A stretch of 64,000 bases of DNA from Candidatus Aenigmatarchaeota archaeon (lineage in GTDB: Archaea; Aenigmatarchaeota; Aenigmatarchaeia; CG10238-14; SpSt-28). Positions 10,570 to 20,424 of the stretch are shown here, one piece after another. The position numbers and the translations under genes were made by a program. The stretch lies in contig JAVYPJ010000002.1 of the NCBI GenBank assembly GCA_038733315.1, positions 13,943 to 77,942 on the forward strand, given 5' to 3'. Within the stretch, counting starts at the first letter, position 1. Each line of letters opens with the position of its first letter. The notes beneath the pieces are model-generated. The model was given only the letters and a program-made list of their open reading frames with translations, was not told the origin of the DNA and made no database searches.

Positions 10570-10746
10570 ATGAAAAAACTAGATCCAGATGTAGAAAAAA
10601 GGCTATTCAAAAATGTATTTGTGTGTAAAAACTGCAAACACAAAATTAGAGCCTTAGCTAGTAAAGTCTCTGAAGGAAAAGTTAGATGTAGATATTGTAA
10701 GAGCAAAGCCTTAAGACCTAAAAAATTAATAAAGGTTACAGCATAA
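10570..10746 (+). CDS. rpl40e: 50S ribosomal protein L40e
   Basis: Manual translation MKKLDPDVEKRLFKNVFVCKNCKHKIR...CRYCKSKALRPKK (58 aa, below ORF-track cutoff). Confidence 0.88.
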   Translation: MKKLDPDVEKRLFKNVFVCKNCKHKIRALASKVSEGKVRCRYCKSKALRPKKLIKVTA

Positions 10747-10765
10747 AAAATAAAAAATAGAGGGA

Positions 10766-11137
10766 TTATTTTTTAGCTGCTGTGTCCCATATAGCTTTGA
10801 ATGCCGTTATTAGCGCAGCTGGAAGGACAAATATTCCTATTAGTTTAACTATCTTGAATATTAGCTCTGCTCCAGGAACTTCTGCAGCAACTCCTAAGGG
10901 CACTAAGAATATTAAGCTTGCCAAAAGAAATGTTGTATACTCCTCTTTTCTAATGTTTAATAAACCAACAAGTATTCCCAAGCCAAATAAAGTCCATACT
11001 ACTATTTCTTGAACTTTTATTACATCTATAGCTATTAGTATTCCTGAGATTACTGCTATTAGTATTCCTGCCAGAAAGGCTACTTCCCCTATTTCTAGTT
11101 GCTCACTAGCTCTTTTTACTGCCCTTTTCACTGGCAT
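10766..11137 (-). CDS. small multi-TM membrane protein of unknown function
   Basis: Hydrophobic segments with LGILVGLLNI..EE...FLLA pattern. Confidence 0.7.
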   Translation of the reverse strand: MPVKRAVKRASEQLEIGEVAFLAGILIAVISGILIAIDVIKVQEIVVWTLFGLGILVGLLNIRKEEYTTFLLASLIFLVPLGVAAEVPGAELIFKIVKLIGIFVLPAALITAFKAIWDTAAKK

Positions 11138-11154
11138 AAAATAATTAAAGCAAT

Positions 11155-12027
11155 TTAAAATTTATATATTTTTGTAAACTCTATGCATCCTAAAACGCCA
11201 TTATTTTTTACCTTAGAGAAACAAATTTTCGGCATTCTAACAAAAATCTCTCTTTTTATCATGTTTTTATCTATTATTTTTTTGTTATTGATAGCAGCCG
11301 AGCCACCGATAACTATTATTTCTGGATCGTATAAATTTATAACAGAAGCTAAAGCCTTAGCATTAATTTTTTGCAATATTTTAAATATTTCTCTACCTAT
11401 TTCATATTTTTTGTATTTTCTAAAAAACTCTTCGGAAGATTTTATATTATCAAATACATTACTTCCACGAAGATTCGAATAATATTTTACAAACTTTGGC
11501 AATGAATTTCCGCTACAATACCCTTCCCAATGACCATATTTTCCACAGCTACATATTACATTGGAATCAAAATTTACATTGATATGCCCAATTTCATGTG
11601 CATTACCATCTTTTCCTAAAAGAAGCTTTCCATCAACAAAAACACCACCCCCAATACCACTACTAATAGTTACATAAACAAAATTTTCTTCTTTGTACTT
11701 TCCATAAATTTTTTCTCCAATAGCAGCAGCTACGGAATCGTTTATAATTATAACTTCTTTCTTTAATTTCTTCTCTAATACTCTTTTTAAATTTACATTT
11801 TTTATTCCTATGTTTGGGCAATGAAAAACAAACCCACTTTTAATATTTATAGTTCCAGCTATTCCTATAACAACTTTTTTGAATTCTATTTTTGAAAGTT
11901 TTTCACACAAAAATTTTATCAGAGTTTCGTAGTTTTTTGGAGTTAAGAATTCCTCTATTAAAATTTCTTTACCCTTTTTAAAACCTATTCTAGTTTTTGT
12001 CCCTCCAATATCTATTCCAACTATCAT
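11155..12027 (-). CDS. ROK family sugar kinase (glucokinase-like)
   Basis: GIDIGGTK, IND..AAAIGE, SSGIGGG, HEIGH, CSCGKYGHWEGYCSG. Confidence 0.92.
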   Translation of the reverse strand: MIVGIDIGGTKTRIGFKKGKEILIEEFLTPKNYETLIKFLCEKLSKIEFKKVVIGIAGTINIKSGFVFHCPNIGIKNVNLKRVLEKKLKKEVIIINDSVAAAIGEKIYGKYKEENFVYVTISSGIGGGVFVDGKLLLGKDGNAHEIGHINVNFDSNVICSCGKYGHWEGYCSGNSLPKFVKYYSNLRGSNVFDNIKSSEEFFRKYKKYEIGREIFKILQKINAKALASVINLYDPEIIVIGGSAAINNKKIIDKNMIKREIFVRMPKICFSKVKNNGVLGCIEFTKIYKF

Positions 12028-13112
12028 ATTTCAACTATTTTAGCTAACCTTTTTAATGCACTAATCTTTTCTTTATTTCCTATTTTTGCTTCTTCAACAG
12101 CTTGCTTTAATATTTCAGCTTCTTTTAACATCCTTTCTTTGTCAACATAATATGGTTTACCAGCTTTTGTACCATGCGCATAAGTAAATTTTATAGGATC
12201 TTTCCAGCTTAGCCTACTTCCAAAAATTATGTTTGCAATATATGCTAAACCTCTAATAGTATCTTTTCCTATCCCATTAATACTAAGCAATTCCTCAAAA
12301 TTTTCAGCTGCTTTTGCTATTTCCAAAGCTTTTTTATTTATTTTTGTAGGAATTTTGAAGTGATAAGGTAATTTAACAATTTCGTAACCATTCATATTTA
12401 TATAATCTATTAATAGTTTTTGTTCTTGTTTTTTATCTAGCATTATTAAAGTTTTTTCAATTTTTTCTGGTGTATAATCCTTAACTATATCTATTATAGC
12501 TTTTCTTGTCTCTGCAGATTCTCTATGAAACAAATTCAAAACAATTTTTTCTTTAGCTCCAATAATTTCGTTATGCGGCTCTTCTTCAAACTTTTTCGTA
12601 TTGGTTATCCAATGTAATCTTCTAACTTTTTGAGATTCTATATTCATTTTTTGATTTATTATAGAATAATTTCCATTTTCATCTAGAATTATAGAGTGAA
12701 AATATAAATTATAGCCATCTTGTAATTCAACATTATCTGCCTTTGCACTTAAAATACTAGCCCTTTTAATTTCTTCTTTGTTTTTAATTTCAGAATTCTC
12801 TATTTCTTCTAAGATTTTTATAGAATCTTTTCCTTTCCCGCCAAATACCTTTATTGGCAGATTAGAATCTTTTAGAGCATCTTTTACTGCTTTTATTGTT
12901 ACAGTAGTCATACCACTATAATTCCACTCAAATCCTAATAAGCATGCAAAACATTGAAACCATAGAGCATCGCTAAATCTATATACTAATTCGTAACTTC
13001 CATACTCTTCTATAAGAATTTCAAGAATTGGTTTTGCAAGCTTTACCATTTCATTGTAATGCGGCACTGGACCTTTTGCTAATCTTAATTCAACAAAGTC
13101 TTTTCTTATCAT
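12024..13112 (-). CDS. DUF763 family protein (HhH-containing)
   Basis: WFQCFACLLGFEWNYSGMTTVT, AKADNVELQDGYNLYFH, DPIKFTYAHGTKAG. Confidence 0.88.
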   Translation of the reverse strand: MIRKDFVELRLAKGPVPHYNEMVKLAKPILEILIEEYGSYELVYRFSDALWFQCFACLLGFEWNYSGMTTVTIKAVKDALKDSNLPIKVFGGKGKDSIKILEEIENSEIKNKEEIKRASILSAKADNVELQDGYNLYFHSIILDENGNYSIINQKMNIESQKVRRLHWITNTKKFEEEPHNEIIGAKEKIVLNLFHRESAETRKAIIDIVKDYTPEKIEKTLIMLDKKQEQKLLIDYINMNGYEIVKLPYHFKIPTKINKKALEIAKAAENFEELLSINGIGKDTIRGLAYIANIIFGSRLSWKDPIKFTYAHGTKAGKPYYVDKERMLKEAEILKQAVEEAKIGNKEKISALKRLAKIVEI

Positions 13113-13116
13113 AATT

Positions 13117-13611
13117 TTATGTCAGTATTCTAATAAACTCATTCTTCAGTTTTTCTAACGTTTCTTCTAATCTTTTTCTTCTATCTTCAAACACTTTTTC
13201 ATAAAAAAGTATATAGTATAATCTGAAGGCAAGTTTTTTTAATAGAAAGACTATTTTGTTTTCATCACTTATAGTTGCTTCTAGAATTAACCTAGCTCTA
13301 AGTTTAATGTTTATTGGTTTCTTTTCGTCCTTAGTCATTACTCCACTAAAAATATTTTCTATTATATAGAAAGTCTTAAAAAACTTTGTTTCATCAAAAG
13401 TGTCAACAACATCTATTCTAATAAAAAAAGAGTTATCTGTAGCGTCAAATCTAAGGTCTTTAATTTTATGTGCTTTTCTCTTTATATTTAATAGGTTCGC
13501 AAATATTTTATAATTTTGTTTATAAACGTTCAATGGTTTATTCGTTTCAACATTAAATTCTAAATACTCCTCTTTTGGAATTATAATTTCTTTAACAATT
13601 TTTTCTTCCAT
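13117..13611 (-). CDS. hypothetical protein (paralog of 13611-14132)
   Basis: Clean ORF in operon; C-terminal FRLYYILFY motif similar to the neighbour. Confidence 0.7.
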   Translation of the reverse strand: MEEKIVKEIIIPKEEYLEFNVETNKPLNVYKQNYKIFANLLNIKRKAHKIKDLRFDATDNSFFIRIDVVDTFDETKFFKTFYIIENIFSGVMTKDEKKPINIKLRARLILEATISDENKIVFLLKKLAFRLYYILFYEKVFEDRRKRLEETLEKLKNEFIRILT

Positions 13612-14132
13612 TATAATCTACTTACTTGTGCTTCGAGATAAGATATAAATCTCTTCAAATATTCCTTACCATTTTCTTGATATTTCTTTATTACGTCTGA
13701 ATAAAAAAAGTTCCAATAAAGTGAAAAGAAAAAATGATAAAACAAACTACGCTGAAAAGCAGTTTCTTGCGGTAATTCGAAGTATAGTGCACCTTTTATA
13801 CTAGCCTCAAACTTTCCAACATCTTCTACATTACATTCGTAATAAACACTAATTTCAAATCTATAATAACAATTTCTATCTATAAGCTTAGTTAGTTTAT
13901 AATCTGCTTTCATTTTTTCCTTTTCCCCCCTTGATAAACTAAACGCACTTTCTTTAATATCCTCTTCTTTCACTTCAAGAGCACTAGAAATAATTTTTTT
14001 AATGTTTTTAGCTAACATAGAAATATTTGGACCTTCGTATGTAAAAGGTAGTGCAACTATTGTTAAGTCATATTTTTTAACTATTGCGGATGTAAATAAT
14101 AATGGCTTTATCTGAACTTCTGTTAATTCCAT
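13611..14132 (-). CDS. hypothetical protein
   Basis: Clean ORF with a 1-bp stop/start overlap; C-terminal FSLYWNFFY helix. Confidence 0.7.
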   Translation of the reverse strand: MELTEVQIKPLLFTSAIVKKYDLTIVALPFTYEGPNISMLAKNIKKIISSALEVKEEDIKESAFSLSRGEKEKMKADYKLTKLIDRNCYYRFEISVYYECNVEDVGKFEASIKGALYFELPQETAFQRSLFYHFFFSLYWNFFYSDVIKKYQENGKEYLKRFISYLEAQVSRL

Positions 14133-14172
14133 AAAAATAAATCCTTAAACTAAATATTTTTCTAAACAGTTG

Positions 14173-14244
14173 AGCCCCGGGAGGGATTCGAACCCTCGAC
14201 CTCCTGCTTACGAGGCAGGCGCTCTACCGCTAAGCTACCGGGGC
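14173..14244 (-). tRNA. tRNA-Thr(CGT)
   Basis: Reverse complement GCCCCGGTAGCTTAGCGGTAGAGCGCCTGCCT-CGT-AAGCAGGAGGTCGAGGGTTCGAATCCCTCCCGGGGCT folds as a cloverleaf; CCA not encoded. Confidence 0.96.
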
Positions 14245-14281
14245 ATTCCTTACATTAATATTTTTTATTTATGGAATTTTT

Positions 14282-15334
14282 ATGGATGCTAACATTCTAA
14301 GATTTTTTAATAAACAGTCTAAAAACATTGAAAAGATTTTGAGGAATTATAGCGAAGTTAAAATTGTTTTTGATAGAGATGTAGATGGATTAATGTCATG
14401 CTTAATTGTTTATAGCTTTCTTAAAAAAGCGAAGAAAAAAATAGAACTAGTTTCTTTAAAGACTAATGAATTAGAAAATTTTATAAAAAAAGAAAAAAAT
14501 TCAGATAAGCTTTATATATTCTTAGATTTAAGCTTAGAAGAAAATATTGCAAAAGAAGTAAGAAATAAAAAAATTAAAAGTATTTGGATAGATCATCATC
14601 AAATAAGAGTTTTCTCATCAAAAGATATATTATTCATTAATCCGCTATTAGTAAAATCAAACATATATATTCCAACATCAGCAATATCTTATATTTTATT
14701 TGATAGAATTTATCATTTAGAAGATTCTATTTTTTTCGCATGCATAGGAATAATATCTGATAAGGGAGAAAAGGATTGTAAAACAATTTTAGAAAAATGT
14801 CAGCAAAAATATAAAATTTCAATTTCTGAAATTAATGAAATTGCAATGAAAATAAACTCTATTTTTGTTTTAAATAAAAAAATAGAAAGGCTTATTTCAA
14901 AAATGTTGAATATAGAATTTTTCACTAAAAATAAATTCTTAGATAAAATTTATAGGAAAGCGCAAAAAATAATAAATTCTGAATTTAAAAAAGCTTTAAG
15001 AAAATATAAAGAGATAAACGGCTTTATTTTATATAAAACGAGCTCAAAATATAATATAAGAAGTGTTATAGCCAATATGCTCTCAGAAGAAAAAAAATTT
15101 AGCGATAAAATAATAATCGTTTATAATGAAAAAAGAGAAGTTAATTTAAGTCTTAGAAATGGTTATAATTCCAATATAAATCTTCTAGAATTTTTGAAAG
15201 AAATTAAAGTTAGTTATAAGAGTTTTGGTGGGCATAAAAATGCTTGCGGAGCAAGCATGGATAAAAAAGAGTTTAAAAAATTCTTAGAAGAAATAAAAAA
15301 ATATGGTAAAGATAAACGAAAAACTATATTTTGA
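14282..15334 (+). CDS. DHH/DHHA1 family phosphoesterase (RecJ/NrnA-like)
   Basis: DRDVDG, FLD, IDHH, GIISD, GGHKNACG motifs. Confidence 0.88.
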   Translation: MDANILRFFNKQSKNIEKILRNYSEVKIVFDRDVDGLMSCLIVYSFLKKAKKKIELVSLKTNELENFIKKEKNSDKLYIFLDLSLEENIAKEVRNKKIKSIWIDHHQIRVFSSKDILFINPLLVKSNIYIPTSAISYILFDRIYHLEDSIFFACIGIISDKGEKDCKTILEKCQQKYKISISEINEIAMKINSIFVLNKKIERLISKMLNIEFFTKNKFLDKIYRKAQKIINSEFKKALRKYKEINGFILYKTSSKYNIRSVIANMLSEEKKFSDKIIIVYNEKREVNLSLRNGYNSNINLLEFLKEIKVSYKSFGGHKNACGASMDKKEFKKFLEEIKKYGKDKRKTIF

Positions 15335-16088
15335 GAAAATCTCTAAGGATAACATTATTGGATATTTACACGAAATTTTAGAGCAAAATGAAGAAATAAA
15401 AAGTTTAATAACTCAAGCAAACATTGTTGCTGTTGAAAGATTTTACTATAACGATCATGGAATTACACACTCTAGAATAGTAAGCGCGGCATCTATGGAA
15501 ATCTTTGAAAAACTATTGGGATTCAATATAGTTCCTACTATAGTCCAAAACAATATTGGAAGCTTAGAAGATGCTAAGATAGTGATTTTTTTATCTGCGT
15601 TTTTACACGATATAGGTAATGCCTTCCATAGAGAAAATCATGCAATTGTTGGAAGTATAATAGCGTTTAATCTATTAGAAAAAATTTTAGTAGATATTTA
15701 TCCTGATGTTAAAAAGAGAGTTAAAATAAAGTCAGAAATTTCTCAATGCATATATTCTCACGATGAAAAAATTTTAGCTCCTAGTATAGAGGCTAGCATT
15801 TTAAAAATTGCCGATGGCTTAGACATGGCTGGAGGTAGAGCAAGGATTCCATATAAGTTAGGAAAAGCAGATATTCACGCTTTTTCTGCTCTTTCTATAA
15901 AAGAAGTAGAATTAGTGCCTTCTAGCGAAAAACCAATATCTATAAACGTTTATATGAATAACGAAGCAGGAATTTTTCAGATAGAAAAAGTTTTAATACC
16001 AAAAATCCAAAATACAATAATTAAAAAATACGTAAGAATAGAAGCTATAAAGAATGGGGAAACTTTAAGAACATATGAATTTGATTAG
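15303..16088 (+). CDS. HD-domain phosphohydrolase
   Basis: YNDHGITHS, AFLHDIGN, SHD, IADGLDM..GRAR. Confidence 0.9.
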   Translation: MVKINEKLYFEKISKDNIIGYLHEILEQNEEIKSLITQANIVAVERFYYNDHGITHSRIVSAASMEIFEKLLGFNIVPTIVQNNIGSLEDAKIVIFLSAFLHDIGNAFHRENHAIVGSIIAFNLLEKILVDIYPDVKKRVKIKSEISQCIYSHDEKILAPSIEASILKIADGLDMAGGRARIPYKLGKADIHAFSALSIKEVELVPSSEKPISINVYMNNEAGIFQIEKVLIPKIQNTIIKKYVRIEAIKNGETLRTYEFD

Positions 16089-16593
16089 TATAATTTATAT
16101 TTTAGTTTTCGCTTATTTGCTTAAAATTCTTGTTGATTTGTTGCGGGGAGAAGCTATATACGTTCCATTACCTAAGAGCACAATAAGGAAAATGCTAAGA
16201 TTAGCAAAAGTAAATAAAAATGATATAGTTTACGATTTAGGTAGTGGTGATGGAAAGGTTTTGAGAATTGCCATAAAAGAATTTAAAGTGAAAAAAGCAG
16301 TTGGAATAGAAAAATCTTTAATTTTAGTTTTAATATCTAAATTCTTAAATAAAATTTATAGGTTAGAAAATAAAATAGAAATAAGGTGGGGTGATTTTTT
16401 AAAAGAAAACATTTCAGATGCAACAGTTATAATTCTTTATTTAAATTTTGGGATAATGAAAAAATTGGAGAAAAAAATTATAAAGGAATGTAAAAATGTT
16501 AGGATTGTTAGTGCGGCGCACAAATTTCCTAATTTAAAGTATAAGAAAAGATTTAAAACTGGGCATTTTTATTCTTATCTCTATGAACTTTGA
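16075..16593 (+). CDS. class I SAM-dependent methyltransferase with N-terminal TM (protein lysine MTase-like)
   Basis: IYVPLP, VYDLGSGDGK, GIE, GDFL...DATVIILYL. Confidence 0.85.
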   Translation: MNLISIIYILVFAYLLKILVDLLRGEAIYVPLPKSTIRKMLRLAKVNKNDIVYDLGSGDGKVLRIAIKEFKVKKAVGIEKSLILVLISKFLNKIYRLENKIEIRWGDFLKENISDATVIILYLNFGIMKKLEKKIIKECKNVRIVSAAHKFPNLKYKKRFKTGHFYSYLYEL

Positions 16594-16748
16594 GTTTTAA
16601 ACTCTACATAATGACATTTTCCACAATATCTTCTGTTAGCATGCTCAGCTAAAAAGCTTCCACATTTCGGGCAAATTTTTCTTAATCTTTCTAACTTATT
16701 CTCAGTAATTTTATATAAGCTATGAACTTTAACTGTTTTGTGTTTCAT
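16581..16748 (-). CDS. rps27ae: 30S ribosomal protein S27ae
   Basis: Manual translation MKHKTVKVHSLYKI...RKICPKCGSFLAEHANRRYCGKCHYVEF (55 aa); canonical position after rps24e. Confidence 0.92.
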   Translation of the reverse strand: MKHKTVKVHSLYKITENKLERLRKICPKCGSFLAEHANRRYCGKCHYVEFKTQSS

Positions 16749-16986
16749 GTTTTTTAGCTGGTAAAACTTCGTATATTTTTATTTTGGCTTTTGCTTTTGA
16801 TAGGCCTCGATAAGATAATATGTAATCTATCTCTACTTTATCTTTATCTACATTAAACTTATTAGAAATTTCATTAGCCAATTCTTCTCTGCTTGGCGTA
16901 GGTTTTGAAGTATGATCAATTTCTATTATCAGCTCTTTTCTTTTTAAAATGTTATTATTCTTCTCTTGTAGTACTTTTATCTCCAT
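16729..16986 (-). CDS. rps24e: 30S ribosomal protein S24e
   Basis: NNILKRKEL...TPSREEL...AKIKIYE; synteny with spt4 and rps27ae. Confidence 0.92.
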   Translation of the reverse strand: MEIKVLQEKNNNILKRKELIIEIDHTSKPTPSREELANEISNKFNVDKDKVEIDYILSYRGLSKAKAKIKIYEVLPAKKHETQNS

Positions 16987-17025
16987 ATCTTTTTAGAATA
17001 TTTAGAAAAATATTTAAATGTTTGT

Positions 17026-17217
17026 TTACGCAACAAATATAGTATATCTTCCTCTTGAATTTAAATTCATTACTTTTGCAATCTCGCTTTTTTCGGCATC
17101 TATTACATATATAAAACCTTTCCAGTTCTTTGTTAAATCCTTAGATTTACATCTAGGGCATTCCTTTTCTGTTGTTAGAGTTTTGCAGTTTCTACATGCT
17201 AAAACTATCTTTGCCAT
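17026..17217 (-). CDS. spt4: transcription elongation factor Spt4 (RpoE2)
   Basis: ACRNCK...CPRCKS..LTKNWKG...DAEKSEIAK. Confidence 0.93.
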   Translation of the reverse strand: MAKIVLACRNCKTLTTEKECPRCKSKDLTKNWKGFIYVIDAEKSEIAKVMNLNSRGRYTIFVA

Positions 17218-17219
17218 AA

Positions 17220-17765
17220 TTATTTCTTTTTAGTCTTTTTTTCTTTTTCAATCCATTTTATATTTCCTAACCCAGGTTGTCTCATAGTTAAACCGACTTT
17301 AAATACATTTTGCTCATAGCTTACTGAAATAATTCTCGCTATAACCTCATCATCTAATTTTAACGTTTTTTTGGAGTTTTTTGCCAAAAATATTTTATTC
17401 TTTTCGTCAAAACTCATATAATCGTCTACGATTTGACTTATATGACAAAAGGCATCTAATGCGCCTATTCTTATGATCGCACCATTTCTATTCGCATCTA
17501 TAACTTTTCCATAAACAATTTCCCCTACTTCTGGAAAATAAACCAAACATTCAAAAGTTACTTCGAAATATATGTTTGGGTTAAGAGGTATTAATTTACC
17601 TTCAGAATAGCTTATTAGTTTCAAAATTTTAAGAATAATACCATTTCTATTAATAGTTTTTTCAAACTTTTCTTTTATAGAATTTAGTAAGGATTTTTCT
17701 ATATCGTCGCTCAATTTTTTTGGCTGTAATTCTACAACATCTTTAATCTTTAAAATTTTGAACAT
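17220..17765 (-). CDS. rpoE1: DNA-directed RNA polymerase subunit Rpo7 (RpoE1)
   Basis: GEIVYGKV, HISQIVDD, GLTMRQPGLG. Confidence 0.95.
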   Translation of the reverse strand: MFKILKIKDVVELQPKKLSDDIEKSLLNSIKEKFEKTINRNGIILKILKLISYSEGKLIPLNPNIYFEVTFECLVYFPEVGEIVYGKVIDANRNGAIIRIGALDAFCHISQIVDDYMSFDEKNKIFLAKNSKKTLKLDDEVIARIISVSYEQNVFKVGLTMRQPGLGNIKWIEKEKKTKKK

Positions 17766-17885
17766 TAATATATATTAATAAAAAAATTTAAAATAAAAAA
17801 GTTTTTGTATTATGATATAATATGTATTTTAAGAAGGGGATTATAAAGAAATTATAAATATATTTGGATGGAAAACAATTTTATT

Positions 17886-18323
17886 ATGGTGAATAAAAAC
17901 AAAGCGATAAGCGAAGTTTTAGCAATGCTTTTAATGATAGTAATAGTAGTAGGTTTAATAGGCGTAGTATACTTTTTTATAAGTGGAATGGTTGCCAGGC
18001 AAACAGCCGGTGTGCTTCAGGTTGGAGGGGCATATTGTAATATAGCAAATAGTAGACTAGAGGTTCTAGTAACAAACGTCGGAACTACAACAATTCCAGC
18101 TAGTGATATTAAGGTCTTTGTTGGAGGTAATTTAATTCAGAGTATAGAGATTAAGCAAGAAGATAAGCAGAATAATATACCAAATAATAATATAGATCCT
18201 GGTATGTCTTTCTGGGTTTTAATTAATGATGTAGGTGGGGGTAATGCACCGAAAGCAGGAAAAACATATAGAGGTCAGGTGGTTTACGCAGGAAAAGCAG
18301 TAGATTTTATAATTTATTGTTAA
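17886..18323 (+). CDS. archaeal type IV pilin
   Basis: Class III signal KA/ISEVLAMLLMIVIVV followed by a hydrophobic helix. Start taken at ATG 17886 (ORF track gives 17868). Confidence 0.85.
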   Translation: MVNKNKAISEVLAMLLMIVIVVGLIGVVYFFISGMVARQTAGVLQVGGAYCNIANSRLEVLVTNVGTTTIPASDIKVFVGGNLIQSIEIKQEDKQNNIPNNNIDPGMSFWVLINDVGGGNAPKAGKTYRGQVVYAGKAVDFIIYC

Positions 18324-18994
18324 TCATAAGTCTTACAACTCCTCCTTATTTTACATTTTTTACATAAAGGTTTCTTAGGTAAGCAAATTGTTTGTCCATA
18401 ACTAACAAGAATTTTATTGTATCTACTTTTTAAATTCTTCGAAATTATTTTTTCTAGTATTTCTTCACTTTCCTTTAAATTTTTTGTTCTAATAATTCCT
18501 ATTCTGTTCGAAATTCTATGTACATGCGTGTCGACAGCAATGCAAGGAATATTAAAGACTTCGCTTAAAATAACTTTTGCAACCTTATTGCCTATGCCAG
18601 GTAATTTAGTTAACTCTTTTAAATCTTCAGGAATTTTCCCTCCATATTTCTCAATAATTTCTCTGGCAAGTTTTTTCAAAATCTTAGCCTTATTTCTATA
18701 AAATCCTATTCCATAAACAATCTTTTCAAGTTCTTTCAAATCAATTTCAACCAAATCCTTCCAATTTTTAACTCTTCTAAACAACTTTCTACAAACTTCA
18801 ATTGTTATTTTATCTTTTGTTCTTGTACTTAAAACAGCAAAAACAACAATTTTAAACGCATCGTTATCAACAACCTTTTCTTTTTGAAATACAGGAGCTT
18901 TAAGTCTTTTAGCCTCTTTTTCCATTATTTCAAGAATTTTTTCCAATTTCTTAATATCCATAAAAACGTTATGCTTACTATCTTTATTAATCAT
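18320..18994 (-). CDS. nth: endonuclease III
   Basis: LSTRTKD, GFYRNKAK, LPGIGNKVA, AVDTHVHR, C-x6-C-x2-C-x5-C cluster; start may be 18961. Confidence 0.94.
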   Translation of the reverse strand: MINKDSKHNVFMDIKKLEKILEIMEKEAKRLKAPVFQKEKVVDNDAFKIVVFAVLSTRTKDKITIEVCRKLFRRVKNWKDLVEIDLKELEKIVYGIGFYRNKAKILKKLAREIIEKYGGKIPEDLKELTKLPGIGNKVAKVILSEVFNIPCIAVDTHVHRISNRIGIIRTKNLKESEEILEKIISKNLKSRYNKILVSYGQTICLPKKPLCKKCKIRRSCKTYD

Positions 18995-19031
18995 TAAAAA
19001 ATATTTATAATCACCAATAGATAATAACTTT

Positions 19032-19298
19032 ATGACATTAGAAGATACACTACTATTATGTAGCGAAAACTATTTAGAATTTAAGAAAAGTGCAGAAGAA
19101 GCTGTAAATAAAGATGAAAAAATTAAATACTATAAAAAAGCGTTGTTTTGGTTAGAGACATATGTTGCCGCTATAAATATATTAATAGCTGAGAAAAATG
19201 CTAAAAGCGATGAAGAATTAGAAAAGGTTGAAAAAGCTAAAAAGGCTTTAATAAACAAACTATCTAATTATTTAAATGAAATTGTTAAAGATTTATAA
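19032..19298 (+). CDS. hypothetical helical protein
   Basis: Clean ORF, co-oriented with the HIT gene. Confidence 0.65.
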   Translation: MTLEDTLLLCSENYLEFKKSAEEAVNKDEKIKYYKKALFWLETYVAAINILIAEKNAKSDEELEKVEKAKKALINKLSNYLNEIVKDL

Positions 19299-19303
19299 TT
19301 TTT

Positions 19304-19651
19304 ATGTCTTGCATATTTTGTGAAATAATAGAGATAAAAAGACAAGCCGAAATAATATACGAAGACGAAAAAGTTTTAGTGTTTAAAGATATAAATCCGC
19401 AAGCACCAATACATCTTTTAATAATACCAAAGAAGCATATCTCAGGAATTCAAGAAATAAAAGAAGAAGATATAGAAATTGTTGGCTACATGTTTTTTAT
19501 AGCAAGAAAAATAGCAGAAGATTTAAAAATAAATAATTATGAAAGCGGATATAGACTAGTTTTTAACGTAGGTAAATATGCTGGCCAATCTATCTTTCAT
19601 TTGCATTTGCATTTATTAGCTGGAAGAAGATTTATGTGGCCTCCAGGATAA
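19304..19651 (+). CDS. HIT family hydrolase (HINT)
   Basis: CIFC, FKDINPQAPIHLLIIPKKH, HLHLHLL, C-terminal WPPG. Confidence 0.94.
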   Translation: MSCIFCEIIEIKRQAEIIYEDEKVLVFKDINPQAPIHLLIIPKKHISGIQEIKEEDIEIVGYMFFIARKIAEDLKINNYESGYRLVFNVGKYAGQSIFHLHLHLLAGRRFMWPPG

Positions 19652-19969
19652 TTTTTTTGGTTTATAAGGATATCTTTTTACATATCCGCATTTTAAGCAA
19701 GTAATATTTATAGTTTTATGATTCTTATTCAATCTAACTCTTGCGGTCTTTCCAATTACCAAAGGAATAAAACATTTTTTGCAAAAATATTTTTTTAACC
19801 ATTTTAACCTAAAATTTGTTTTTAGTGCAATTGTTCTAACAAGCTGCATATATTTTTTTGCAAGCTCTTCATCCCCTTCTTCCAATTTTTTAAAGGCCAA
19901 ATCCAATAAAATTTCTATTCTTTCCTTTGCAATTTTTTTGTAAAATGTTTTTAGTTGTGCTCTTCTCAT
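19616..19969 (-). CDS. rnp4: ribonuclease P protein Rpp21 (Rpr2)
   Basis: IAKERIEIL, FCKKC, TARVR, TCLKCGYVKRYP. Confidence 0.92.
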   Translation of the reverse strand: MRRAQLKTFYKKIAKERIEILLDLAFKKLEEGDEELAKKYMQLVRTIALKTNFRLKWLKKYFCKKCFIPLVIGKTARVRLNKNHKTINITCLKCGYVKRYPYKPKKLSWRPHKSSSS

Positions 19970-20021
19970 AACATACCATAGACAATAGAAACCAATATTT
20001 AACTTTTGAATTCAAAATATT

Positions 20022-20423
20022 ATGGAAAGATTAGATATTAGAGAAATAGAGACTCAAAAAACACAATCAATAAGCGAAATTTTTGTTAGACAAATCTTAG
20101 AGAGAATAGATTTTATTGATGTTCTAATCTTAAAGAAGTTTTATTTAACTGGCAAAAATTTTCCAAATGACGTTCAACCATATTGTTTCCCTTTTTTATA
20201 TACCGAACTAAAAAATCAACATCAAATAAATTTAACCTTAGAAGGTTTGAGAAAAAGGTTAAATACCTTAGTTAACTTAGGATTGTTAAAAAAAGTAGAA
20301 AGAACAAATCCATCTGTTTATTTCCCAAAAGAAGATATGAAAGAGATTGCAAGAAGAATAATTTTTAAATTCTTTGAAAGATATGGTTTCGAAAGCTTAA
20401 TTAACGATTTAGTAAAAAAGTAG
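20022..20423 (+). CDS. putative winged-helix protein
   Basis: LTLEGLRKRLNTLVNLGLLKKV..NPSVY pattern. Confidence 0.6.
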   Translation: MERLDIREIETQKTQSISEIFVRQILERIDFIDVLILKKFYLTGKNFPNDVQPYCFPFLYTELKNQHQINLTLEGLRKRLNTLVNLGLLKKVERTNPSVYFPKEDMKEIARRIIFKFFERYGFESLINDLVKK

Positions 20424-20424
20424 C

